A stretch of DNA of 38,754 nt, from IMG/VR virus record IMGVR_UViG_3300025277_000054, positions 1 through 38,754 of that record. One strand, 5' to 3'. How positions within the stretch are numbered: the stretch's first letter is position 1; every line of letters begins with the position of its first letter. Below the pieces are notes generated by a model that was not told the DNA's origin, searched no databases, and saw only the letters and a list, made by a program, of their open reading frames with translations. The position numbers were made by a program, and so were the translations under genes. Below are positions 24,872 through 32,938 of this stretch, piece after piece. The DNA comes from a virus (taxonomy: Duplodnaviria > Caudoviricetes).

Positions 24872-25251
24872 AGATGTTTCTCGATGCTGTCTGCTATCTC
24901 TGCGAAATTGTTTCCTTGGTCGTTCATATCGGTCAGCATCAAATGCGGCAGGATGCTGACGCCGAGCTGGTCAGGGTCGAGGCCTGCATACTCGGCCACC
25001 GCCTCTGGCAGCAGGGCACTGGTGCCTGCCCCCGGCTCAGTCTTGAAGACATGAGTCTGGTCGTTGCAGGGCCAGACCGATGTTTCATTTTCACGCGGTC
25101 TGGCCCACCAGCCGCCGATATCTTTGTGGACAACTTCACATAGAACGCCGAGGCAGCAGTAGTGGTCGCCCTTGCGCAGCCGGTATCTTCCCTGTTTGAA
25201 TTTGCCTGACCTGAGTGCGGCCAGCCAGCGGGCCTTGATTTCCGCGTTCAT
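24868..25251 (-). CDS. Conserved phage hypothetical protein
   Basis: WLAALRSGKFKQG, YCCLGVLC and MND.G.NFAEIADSIE motifs. Confidence 0.75.
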   Translation of the reverse strand: MNAEIKARWLAALRSGKFKQGRYRLRKGDHYCCLGVLCEVVHKDIGGWWARPRENETSVWPCNDQTHVFKTEPGAGTSALLPEAVAEYAGLDPDQLGVSILPHLMLTDMNDQGNNFAEIADSIEKHL

Positions 25252-25254
25252 GGA

Positions 25255-25971
25255 TCAAAACTCAGGCGTGGTTGACGGTACGGGGGCAGGCGCTGCCGTT
25301 GGTGCTGCGGGTGCTGCTACTGTTGCCGTTGGGGGTGGTGCAACAGGCACAGCGGCAGGCCCAACGGGGGCAGGCTGTGACGCAACCGGTGCTGGCAACT
25401 GACCGCCGCCAGGTGCACCTGGTACGGTCGATGGCTGCGTTACCGGCTGCGCCACCTCTGACAGAGCTGCGTCGAGGGCTGGGGGGCGTGGTGCCCACCT
25501 AGCGATGGCGAGGATGGGCTCGTTTGTATTGCCTTTGCCGATGCGGAGTGGGCGCACACCATCAAACCGGACGACCGGCACCATGCCGGGGTTGGCAGCG
25601 GCCTGTTGTTCGAATGCTTCGTAGGCCACGTTGATGCCCCTCGTAGCACCTACGCCGGTCGTGGCGAACTCTCTCAGCCCGTCGCCGCCGAATGATTGCG
25701 GGCTGAACATGTGGACATGAAATCCTGGCTTCCATTCACGCCCATCAGTTGGCTGCACTGCCCTCTGCCCAAGAACGATGTCCCAAATCCATTCTGGAGC
25801 CATGCCCTCAGAGAACACGCCCAGACCGGTCTTGATGTTGGCGAAGTCGAAGATGCACTCCTGCCACATGACCGGCTGTTGATTGCCTTCGACCGAGATT
25901 GACCACGAACTGGTCGAGGCCATCCAGCGAATGTGTGGGGTGAATGAACCGCCGCCTAAATTTAGTGGCAT
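25255..25971 (-). CDS. Putative single-stranded DNA-binding protein
   Basis: Start MPLNLGGG after AGGGAG; beta-rich core, Pro/Ala linker and acidic-aromatic end (PEF); lies between the exonuclease and the primase. Confidence 0.55.
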   Translation of the reverse strand: MPLNLGGGSFTPHIRWMASTSSWSISVEGNQQPVMWQECIFDFANIKTGLGVFSEGMAPEWIWDIVLGQRAVQPTDGREWKPGFHVHMFSPQSFGGDGLREFATTGVGATRGINVAYEAFEQQAAANPGMVPVVRFDGVRPLRIGKGNTNEPILAIARWAPRPPALDAALSEVAQPVTQPSTVPGAPGGGQLPAPVASQPAPVGPAAVPVAPPPTATVAAPAAPTAAPAPVPSTTPEF

Positions 25972-26006
25972 TTTGAACTCCCTGGTTGAGCGGGCTGAGC
26001 CCGCAT

Positions 26007-26828
26007 TTAAGCCACGCTCAATTGTGGCTCGGTTTGATGAATCGTAGCCCACACTTCTTCGGCTTTGGCTCGGGTTGGTGGCGACCATCTGAAATTGGAG
26101 TAGTCGGGAATGACTACGGCGCATATTTCGGCGATGTCGCTGCTGAGCGACAGCAAACGCATCAGGGTGTGGGCGATCTGGGTTGCCTTGACGATGGCCT
26201 GGCTGGCAGCATACGGCTCCAGCTCCAGCACCTTGGCTTCGGACTTTGTCGCATAGCAAAAGCGTTGCGTGCGGTTGCCGCTGGCCCGCCAGTAGATAGC
26301 GCCTTGCAGCTGGTGATCAGCGCTCATGTCGGTCGGCATTCGACTGGTCGTTTTGAGGTCGACGTCGAGGCCGTGCTCGTCGTAAGAGAAATCCTTGAAG
26401 CCGATGATCGGGATCGGGATGCCGTCGAGCTGCGTTTCGACCTTGATCTGAGTCTCGGTCGGCACGCCATATTGGCGCAGTTCTTTGACGGCATTCTCGA
26501 CCATGCCGGGATAAGTTCGCCGGGCTGAGCCACAGCCGATGATGTTGTCAAGCTTCGCCTTCCTGGCGACGTCGGGAAATCCAGTCAGCCTCGTGCGGGC
26601 ACCCCACTCTTTTTCGGCAAATGATTTGCAGTCCGCAATGCTGGCGTCGGGGTTGCGGATGCCGTGCTCGACCGCTTTTTCGCAAACGCTGCCCGCCATC
26701 ATGGGCAGGTTGGGCGTCATCTTGACGTCGAAGCCGTACTGGATAAGCCAGGCAGCTGTGTTGGCGCGAGCGAGGTTGAGCGAGCTGGCGCTGAGCCGAT
26801 GGATGCCGTGGCGCTCGAAGGGGTTCAT
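26007..26828 (-). CDS. PD-(D/E)XK (Cas4/RecB-like) exonuclease
   Basis: HRLSASSLN, IIGFKDF, DVDLKTT and QGAIY. Confidence 0.8.
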   Translation of the reverse strand: MNPFERHGIHRLSASSLNLARANTAAWLIQYGFDVKMTPNLPMMAGSVCEKAVEHGIRNPDASIADCKSFAEKEWGARTRLTGFPDVARKAKLDNIIGCGSARRTYPGMVENAVKELRQYGVPTETQIKVETQLDGIPIPIIGFKDFSYDEHGLDVDLKTTSRMPTDMSADHQLQGAIYWRASGNRTQRFCYATKSEAKVLELEPYAASQAIVKATQIAHTLMRLLSLSSDIAEICAVVIPDYSNFRWSPPTRAKAEEVWATIHQTEPQLSVA

Positions 26829-27133
26829 CGTGTCATCAGCTCCCGCATCGTTTCGGTCGGCAGGACAAACATCGGCGGCCCATTGTTTGGCCGTACCACC
26901 AGCATGTCGAACTCACCGAGCCAGCTGGTCAGCTGCTTGAATCCATCCTTGCGTGATTTCACTTCGGCGATCAGTGGCGCATCGCGGTTCGCCAGGTACA
27001 CATCAACGTCGCCTTTGGCATATGTCGTTGCGCCGCTGAGTGGAACGCGCAGCGCTTTTAACCCCCAGGACTGAAACAGCGCGACAATCTCCCGTTCGAT
27101 ACGAGCGCCTTTGTCGCGCTGCATCTTGCTCAT
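26825..27133 (-). CDS. Holliday junction resolvase-like PD-(D/E)XK nuclease
   Basis: MSKMQRDKGARIERE, RVPLSGA, GDV and AEVK. Confidence 0.8.
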   Translation of the reverse strand: MSKMQRDKGARIEREIVALFQSWGLKALRVPLSGATTYAKGDVDVYLANRDAPLIAEVKSRKDGFKQLTSWLGEFDMLVVRPNNGPPMFVLPTETMRELMTR

Positions 27134-27333
27134 CGTTGCAGGCCTCGCATGTCGAGCCATAATTCCATGAGGCAGGAGTTGACATGCGCCCATGAGACGT
27201 AGCGACGCGGCCATTCGATGCCGAGCGAGGCTAGTGCCTCAGCTGGTTTGATGCCGGAATCAATCCAATGATCGCACTGAGCCATCGCAACGGTGTCAGC
27301 TTTGTTCATGTCATCAAGAATCCAGGGTTTCAT
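27130..27333 (-). CDS. Hypothetical protein
   Basis: 67 aa; ATGA-coupled to the resolvase. Confidence 0.5.
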   Translation of the reverse strand: MKPWILDDMNKADTVAMAQCDHWIDSGIKPAEALASLGIEWPRRYVSWAHVNSCLMELWLDMRGLQR

Positions 27334-27427
27334 GGGTTGGTCGCTGGCCGTGGGCTATGCGCAAACATGGGAACCACGGCCAGCAACCACAGATGCGGAA
27401 GCGAGGACAACCACACCCGATAGGTCG

Positions 27428-27628
27428 TCAATCAGGGTATATGTCGGGACGCATTTCTTGTCGAGTAATTGCACCATCGAGCGCCTTCTCAATCATCAAG
27501 ACACGCGCCGTTGGCACGCGTGTCCATTGGGCAACAGCCTGCGGTGTCACGTTGGCGATCTCGGCGACTGCCGCCCGTGATCCAACCAGATCGAAGACCC
27601 GCTGGAGTACCTGAAATTCAGTCATCAT
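27428..27628 (-). CDS. cro: Cro/YdaS-like HTH regulator
   Basis: GSRAAVA...VTPQAVAQW.RVP..RVL.IE...ITRQEMRPDIY. Confidence 0.85.
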   Translation of the reverse strand: MMTEFQVLQRVFDLVGSRAAVAEIANVTPQAVAQWTRVPTARVLMIEKALDGAITRQEMRPDIYPD

Positions 27629-27629
27629 C

Positions 27630-27895
27630 AGGCCACCTTAATCAGCAGCTCTTGACAAATAAAGGGTACATTTACCCGTCCGCTAAACTTTTCTGGGGAT
27701 AAAAAGTTAAGCCCAACTTTCAACCCCGCAGCTTACTTGATGCTGCGCGTTGTATGCCTGTGGAAAAGAAAATGAACATCAGATTCATAACCATCTGTTG
27801 GCGAAGAAGCACTTGATCAATGATCGATATTGCTTTAAAAATTAAGTAGGCGCACTTGATGCGTCGGTCACACTGCGAATAGCGAGGAACCAAAA
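27630..27895. promoter_or_regulatory. Divergent early control region with operator-like sites
   Basis: AT-rich; ACTTGAT at 27735, 27811 and 27854; near-palindrome ATTAAGT-N6-ACTTGAT at 27841-27860; TTGACA at 27652. Confidence 0.6.
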
Positions 27896-28336
27896 ATGCT
27901 CAAGATCAAAGCCAAAATTGAAAAGCAGATTGAAAATTTGGAAAACTCCATCGCGGCGTCTAACGTCACACTCGAAGACAGTCGGGCGGCGCAGGCCGAA
28001 CTTTCAGTGATGTTCGACCATCTGACGGACGTTCCTGTCCCCGCCGCTAATCTAGCAGGGCTGCCGGAGAACTTCGAGGCCGTCTCCGAAAAGGCGCGCC
28101 GGGCGTCCGAAGAAGATCATCTGGCGAGATTGCAGGCCACGCTGGCCTCCGATCTGATGGTCGGCACCAAGAGTTACATCGTCTCGAACGAGAAGAACCT
28201 CGTCTCACCGGCTGGCTTCCATCCCAGCGAGAAGGTCTTCGTCCAGACAAGGATCGCCATCCACACCGATAGCCTCGACAACTTACCCGCATCCAACGTC
28301 AAGCTGTTCTCTCACAAGATCGGAGAAGCCGCATGA
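27896..28336 (+). CDS. Hypothetical early protein
   Basis: 146 aa; GAGGA RBS. Confidence 0.65.
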   Translation: MLKIKAKIEKQIENLENSIAASNVTLEDSRAAQAELSVMFDHLTDVPVPAANLAGLPENFEAVSEKARRASEEDHLARLQATLASDLMVGTKSYIVSNEKNLVSPAGFHPSEKVFVQTRIAIHTDSLDNLPASNVKLFSHKIGEAA

Positions 28337-28521
28337 CCTACCAAATGAGTATCAATGAAGGCGATAAGGTAATGGCGATTGTTGACGGCCACCATAAGCC
28401 CGCAACCGTTCTCTATGTCGCGAGAGAAAAACCCGGACTCGCCGCTTACATGCTCGAAATTGACGCAACCGGCGCGCGCGGCGTGTTCGATGTTGAACAC
28501 ATCACTGATTATCACGACTAA
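28333..28521 (+). CDS. Small hypothetical (SH3-like) protein
   Basis: 62 aa; ATGA overlap; GGAG RBS. Confidence 0.6.
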   Translation: MTYQMSINEGDKVMAIVDGHHKPATVLYVAREKPGLAAYMLEIDATGARGVFDVEHITDYHD

Positions 28522-28543
28522 CCCACCACCACCTTCTCCCTCT

Positions 28544-28567
28544 AACCCCGCACCGTGCGGGGTTTTT
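28544..28567 (+). terminator. Rho-independent terminator
   Basis: AACCCCGCA-ccg-TGCGGGGTT-TTT. Confidence 0.8.
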
Positions 28568-28602
28568 GGGTGAAGGAACTCATCTGTGGATTTAGGAAGA
28601 AG

Positions 28603-28914
28603 ATGCAACGACTAATCAGTCCAGTAGAGGCCGCAGCGTTTTTGAACATCGGAGTGAAGAAGCTGCGGGCGTTGGTTCAGTCAGGAAAGATCGAGTACCG
28701 CCTCGTTGGGTCGAGGCAAAAATTCACTGAGGATGATCTCAGTGATTATGTTGAAAAAGCGAGGATAACATCATGGCAAGCACAAAACTCACCGGCAACA
28801 AAGTCAGACGTCGCAAAATCGGTGGCGTCTGGGCGACGGATTTCAATGTTCCTGGGTTCGAAGATCGGATTAGACGAAGTTGCAAGACGCGTGATCAAGC
28901 AGCGGCAGAAATAA
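28603..28914 (+). CDS. xis: Excisionase (HTH_17-type)
   Basis: LISPVEAAAFLNIG...LV.SGKI...VG...F...DL; overlaps the integrase start. Confidence 0.8.
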   Translation: MQRLISPVEAAAFLNIGVKKLRALVQSGKIEYRLVGSRQKFTEDDLSDYVEKARITSWQAQNSPATKSDVAKSVASGRRISMFLGSKIGLDEVARRVIKQRQK

Positions 28915-29882
28915 TTGCAAACAACCTGTATCAGGAGCTGTTGCTTGAGACGCTGACTGGCAAAGTCGAGCGTGACGTCTATACGCTTGAAGATGTCGTG
29001 CGCCGATACTTCGAAGATCATCTGTCGCGTAAGCCGTGCTTCAGGAGTGTTAGCTACACGCTGCTAACGGTCGTCAAACTGCTTGGCGAAAACAAGAAGC
29101 TGCATGAGGTCAGCAACAATGACCTCACCAAAATGGTCAGCACCCTGCGCGCGAAGGGTCTGGCAAATTCGTCCATCAACCGACACTGGGAGCAGCTGCG
29201 GGCGGTCATGAGAATGGCCGAGAGACTCTGGGGGGCCAAGGTGCCGGTCTATCCCGATCTGATCGACTGGAAGGCGCTGCGGAAGTACGTCGGGAAAGAG
29301 GCCAAGCATCGTGTCCGTTTCCTAACACAGTCAGAGGCACACAAGCTGCTTGATGCGTGCGGTGACCACATCAGGCCAGTGGTCATGTTGGCATTGCTGA
29401 CGGGGATGCGGTGCGGCAACTGCAAAGACCTGGATTGGTCCGAGGTTGACTTTCGCTTGGGCCTGATCACAGTCAGGCAGAAGGGTGGCGAGATGTTCGA
29501 GAAAAAGATCAACAAGTCGATCTTCGACTTCCTGCAAGCTCTCGCCCCTAAAAAGTCTGGCCCAGTCTTCACCTACAAGGCCAAGCCGCTTGGCTCAATT
29601 AGGAAGGCATTCGAGAACGCTGTCAGGCGAGCTGGAATTACCGACTTCACGTTTCACGATCTGCGCCATACCTACGCAACCTGGATGCGCCAGGCTGGTG
29701 CTGATCTGCCAATGATCCGCGATGAGCTTGGTCACACCACGACGAAGATGACCGAGGTCTATGCTAACGTCGGACACGACGAGACGGCTTCGATCACAAA
29801 CCAGATCGGCGTTGCGTTACAGCAGCAAACAGTCAAAGGACTGTCACACTTCCGTCACACTTCAAATAGAAAAGCTGCTTAG
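28773..29882 (+). CDS. int: Tyrosine integrase
   Basis: Catalytic R (TGMR), HDLRH, LGH and Y (MTEVYA) are all present. Confidence 0.93.
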   Translation: MASTKLTGNKVRRRKIGGVWATDFNVPGFEDRIRRSCKTRDQAAAEIIANNLYQELLLETLTGKVERDVYTLEDVVRRYFEDHLSRKPCFRSVSYTLLTVVKLLGENKKLHEVSNNDLTKMVSTLRAKGLANSSINRHWEQLRAVMRMAERLWGAKVPVYPDLIDWKALRKYVGKEAKHRVRFLTQSEAHKLLDACGDHIRPVVMLALLTGMRCGNCKDLDWSEVDFRLGLITVRQKGGEMFEKKINKSIFDFLQALAPKKSGPVFTYKAKPLGSIRKAFENAVRRAGITDFTFHDLRHTYATWMRQAGADLPMIRDELGHTTTKMTEVYANVGHDETASITNQIGVALQQQTVKGLSHFRHTSNRKAA

Positions 29883-30080
29883 TCATTGAGTTTACAAGGC
29901 TAATTGGAAAGGGAACAATTGATTAACAGTCATGTGTGCCAGAGCGTTTTCTCTTCGGCTTTAACCCCCGTATCCCAAGGCTTACAAGGGATACGGGGGT
30001 TTTCCCTACTAAAGAGGTCTTTAACAAATAAAGGTATTTACGGACCAAACTGGCCCATTCCTGTCACACTTCTGTCACAC
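29841..30080. other. attP region: arm repeats, tRNA-Asn-like core and hairpin
   Basis: ctgtcacactt(c)(c/t)gtcacac at 29841 and 30061; caattgattaacagtca at 29916-29932 reads TGACTGTTAATCAATTG on the minus strand. Confidence 0.7.
29963..30004 (+). terminator. 14-bp perfect hairpin followed by a U-run
   Basis: aacccccgtatccc-N11-gggatacgggggtt-ttt. Confidence 0.7.
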
Positions 30081-30102
30081 ATTTTTTCATGGAGTGAACA
30101 AC

Positions 30103-30303
30103 ATGATCGAAGCCATCATTTTGTTTTGTTGGGTCTTCACCGTTGACGGTCTGGCACACAAGTCCTGCATCCCGTTCCGCCATCAACTGCACCAATCACA
30201 AAACGTCAGTGACTGCCGGTCATTCCTGACCTTCAAGATCAAGGAAGTGAGAGGTGATGGAGGCAAGGTGCAGATGGCGCAATGCGTGATGCACCGGACG
30301 TGA
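30103..30303 (+). CDS. Small exported Cys-rich hypothetical protein
   Basis: GGAG RBS; hydrophobic N-terminus; 4 Cys. Confidence 0.5.
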   Translation: MIEAIILFCWVFTVDGLAHKSCIPFRHQLHQSQNVSDCRSFLTFKIKEVRGDGGKVQMAQCVMHRT

Positions 30304-30347
30304 CAAAACGCTGGCGGCAGCAGATCAAATTGTCATCGGGGAAAGTC

Positions 30348-30953
30348 TTATGAGGGCCGCTCAAGCGGCTCGATGTCACCGAGTGAGTAGCCTTCCGCCA
30401 GCTTGAGGTCGTCGCCTGCGAAGTCCGCTGGCGTGAACTCGTCAGGCGGTTCCCCGCCTTTCAATATCCCAACTTCACGCAGCATGATCGCACTTAGCTC
30501 GCTGCAAAACACGGACGACGCGTCGCCCTGATTTTGAGTCATCTTAAAGCCGGGGATATCGAGCGCGGAGCGGATCAGATCGAGTTGCGATTTCTCATAG
30601 GGGCGACCGTGGAAATCCCGCATAAGATTCATCGCGGCCCGTTTCATCTTGCTCGTCCTTGGACCCAGGATCGGGCGAACCCACACCTCGCCATCATAGG
30701 TCTTCAGTCTTGAGGACATGTTGACCAGTTGCACGCCTTTGGTCGCCGCGCCGGAAATCAGGTCAGGCACGTCTGATAGCGTTGTTGACTCGAATATGGC
30801 GAGTGTAGCGAGTTGGTGTATGTGAAGCGTCAAGGCGATGTGGCTCTTGTCCGAGCCGGTCGCCCATTTGATGGCTTGTGAAATTCGCCCCTTGCCGCCG
30901 AACAAAACGATGTCGAGCGATCTGGCGCTGGCTCTATATTCCTGATATTCCAA
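30348..30953 (-). CDS. Permuted papain-like (YiiX/YebB, NlpC/P60) amidase/peptidase
   Basis: DIVLF, SHIAL (His), GRPY, FCSEL (Cys) and TPADF; the start is probably TTG 30953. Confidence 0.8.
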   Translation of the reverse strand: MEYQEYRASARSLDIVLFGGKGRISQAIKWATGSDKSHIALTLHIHQLATLAIFESTTLSDVPDLISGAATKGVQLVNMSSRLKTYDGEVWVRPILGPRTSKMKRAAMNLMRDFHGRPYEKSQLDLIRSALDIPGFKMTQNQGDASSVFCSELSAIMLREVGILKGGEPPDEFTPADFAGDDLKLAEGYSLGDIEPLERPS

Positions 30954-30957
30954 GAGA

Positions 30958-31164
30958 CTAGTCTTCAGTCTTTGAATTATTTTTCGTCCAGTAGACTGCC
31001 AATCCCACAACACCAATGATGATGATGGAGTTTAGAGACACGCTGTTTTCTCCCATTGTCACTGCGGGATTTAACCCCTTGCTACCCATAAATTCCATTA
31101 GCATTGAAGCGATGCCACCAGCACCGCCACCAGTTATCATTTTTGAAAGATGTCCGAAGTTCAT
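30958..31164 (-). CDS. Putative holin
   Basis: 68 aa with two hydrophobic segments and a charged tail; ATGA-coupled after the endolysin; GGAG RBS. Confidence 0.5.
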   Translation of the reverse strand: MNFGHLSKMITGGGAGGIASMLMEFMGSKGLNPAVTMGENSVSLNSIIIIGVVGLAVYWTKNNSKTED

Positions 31165-31544
31165 GTGCTGTCTCCTGTGTATGTCCAGATCATCGGGCGA
31201 GGCCAGTCGCCTCGAAGATCGTCCAGGTGAATGAAACGTTGATCGCCGTGTTGCTTGATGCCGAAGCCTGTGAACCCGCAATCCAATGCGATTCTCAGGA
31301 AATCGACCGCGTCACGGCCCCGTACAGCCACATCAGCGGCATGTCCGGTAGCGTGTGCCCCGCCACCCCTCACTTTGGCTGACCGGTCGTGTGAGGGGCA
31401 CCTGTAGCCACTGGTGACAATCACCGGCCTGGCGAACCGATCCCTGAGTTTTTGCAGCCGATCTACAAACTCGGCGTTGATCTTGTTCGTTTTGCAGCCG
31501 CAGCGGCATTGAAATTCCACGCGCTTGAAATTGCTCCAGCTCAT
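31161..31544 (-). CDS. Endolysin, peptidase M15A family
   Basis: EFQCRCGC, VTSGYRC, H..G.AAD and FIHLD. Confidence 0.88.
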   Translation of the reverse strand: MSWSNFKRVEFQCRCGCKTNKINAEFVDRLQKLRDRFARPVIVTSGYRCPSHDRSAKVRGGGAHATGHAADVAVRGRDAVDFLRIALDCGFTGFGIKQHGDQRFIHLDDLRGDWPRPMIWTYTGDST

Positions 31545-31849
31545 AGATCGCCTTTTCTGAGTTCGTCAACATCACGGCGAAGATACTTAATGTCGGCTTC
31601 GAGCATCGTGAAGCGCACGCCCATAGTCCCTTCTGTTTTCGTGAGGATGTTTGTTTGTGAATCAACCTTGCTCCACTGGAGATCGTTGGTGTGATCCTGA
31701 TCCGCCGTGGCCTTCTCAAGTTTTTCGATGCGGGTCACTGCCTCCTTGAGACCATGTTTCACGGCAAACCAAGCGCCCAGTAATGCAATTATCGCGCCTC
31801 CGACCGTAATTAAAAGGCGAAGCGTCAGAGCCGCCGTGTCCGTGTCCAT
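31541..31849 (-). CDS. Membrane-anchored coiled-coil protein (lysis region)
   Basis: Start MDTDTAA at 31849; one TM followed by a coiled coil. Confidence 0.6.
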   Translation of the reverse strand: MDTDTAALTLRLLITVGGAIIALLGAWFAVKHGLKEAVTRIEKLEKATADQDHTNDLQWSKVDSQTNILTKTEGTMGVRFTMLEADIKYLRRDVDELRKGDL

Positions 31850-32151
31850 CAGTTCGCTGCGTCGGCCCAGTGATATCCAGCCAGATGGAGACAACTGATG
31901 CGGTTAGGCGTGGTCAGGACTATCGTCCATGTCTTGCCGTTTCCCGACGTGTAGAGAGTCACGAGCGTGTTGCCATCCTGCATCAGACCGATTTCGGCAC
32001 GTTTCTCCTGATATTGCGCGGCCAGATTTTCGTCTATCAGCTCGGTTGAGCCACAGCTTTGTAACGCGGCCAGAGCGCGTGTTGTCTTTTGCGGTTCGGC
32101 TGTGGCGCATCCGGCCAAAAAAGCCAAACCTGCAAAAAGAAAGTACTTCAA
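31849..32151 (-). CDS. Lipoprotein
   Basis: MKYFLFAGLAFLAGC contains a canonical LAGC lipobox. Confidence 0.7.
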   Translation of the reverse strand: MKYFLFAGLAFLAGCATAEPQKTTRALAALQSCGSTELIDENLAAQYQEKRAEIGLMQDGNTLVTLYTSGNGKTWTIVLTTPNRISCLHLAGYHWADAAN

Positions 32152-32510
32152 TTTTCACCCGCGAGCACAGCAATGCTGCCCACGATCTGGCGGATCGCAG
32201 ACTCGATGTCTTGCTTCGAGGCGCGTAGGGCAGGATTGGAACCGTCTACCGAGATAGCCAAGTTGATCCTGGCAAGCAGCTCATGCTTGCGGTCGAGCAT
32301 GATGTTCAGAAGATTCAACCGGTTCTCGCCAGCAAACTGACGATTTTGGACTGTTGTACGTTTAACCTGCTCGACTTCAGACGCTAGCGCCAAGCTTCCA
32401 TGCAGTACGCCATCGATTCTTTCCCACCCCAGGATGGCACCACCCGTCAAAGCAACGAAGGTAAAGACCGCGGTTATGGTGATGTTCTGTTTCCGCGAGA
32501 GCGCCATCAC
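32148..32510 (-). CDS. Single-TM helical protein
   Basis: N-terminal TM followed by amphipathic helices; overlaps the lipoprotein start. Confidence 0.6.
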   Translation of the reverse strand: MMALSRKQNITITAVFTFVALTGGAILGWERIDGVLHGSLALASEVEQVKRTTVQNRQFAGENRLNLLNIMLDRKHELLARINLAISVDGSNPALRASKQDIESAIRQIVGSIAVLAGEN

Positions 32511-32929
32511 GGCGAACTTTGTGAAGGATCAAGAATCTGATCTGATCTCGCCTGGCTTATCACCTCCCCATCCACGAGCGCCGCCATAAAATTCGCAGTC
32601 TTGTCGTCGTGCAGATCGACGGAGTTCCTTGCGATGGCCCGGCTGTGCTTTTGCAACAGCGCCCGCCGCAGCGGAACGCCGGTGTCCACGCTCACCGCAT
32701 AAACAAAATCCGTGGTCGCATCCCATTCTTCAGTCGTGAAGCGCGATTCGAAGGCGTCAAATGAAACCACAAAACGTGGGGCTTTGGCGGCGTGCGCGGC
32801 CTCGTCCAAATCCCGCAGGGCCTCTTCCGCCAAAGTCATCGAACGGACAACTCCGTTGACCATCTTGTCTCTTGCCGATGCAGGCGTTGCTAACGCCATT
32901 ATCACAAGGATGAAAAGCAAACCACGCAT
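32507..32929 (-). CDS. Tail-fibre partner/chaperone-like protein with a Sec signal peptide
   Basis: MRGLLFILVIMALATPASA signal; KMVNGVVRSMTLAEEA and F..RFT.EE...VDL...IS.AR..QIL patterns typical of genes that follow tail fibres. Confidence 0.65.
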   Translation of the reverse strand: MRGLLFILVIMALATPASARDKMVNGVVRSMTLAEEALRDLDEAAHAAKAPRFVVSFDAFESRFTTEEWDATTDFVYAVSVDTGVPLRRALLQKHSRAIARNSVDLHDDKTANFMAALVDGEVISQARSDQILDPSQSSP

Positions 32930-32938
32930 GTGCCTCTC

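Noticed and set aside
25972-26259. N-terminal extension of the 334-aa ORF
   Set aside because: It overlaps the exonuclease gene, and the RBS supports a start at 25971
29900-29960. tRNA-Asn gene
   Set aside because: Only the anticodon arm is present; no D-arm, T-arm or acceptor stem
27652-30041. Shared tt(g/a)acaaataaagg motif at 27652 and 30021
   Set aside because: A short AT-rich match that could arise by chance
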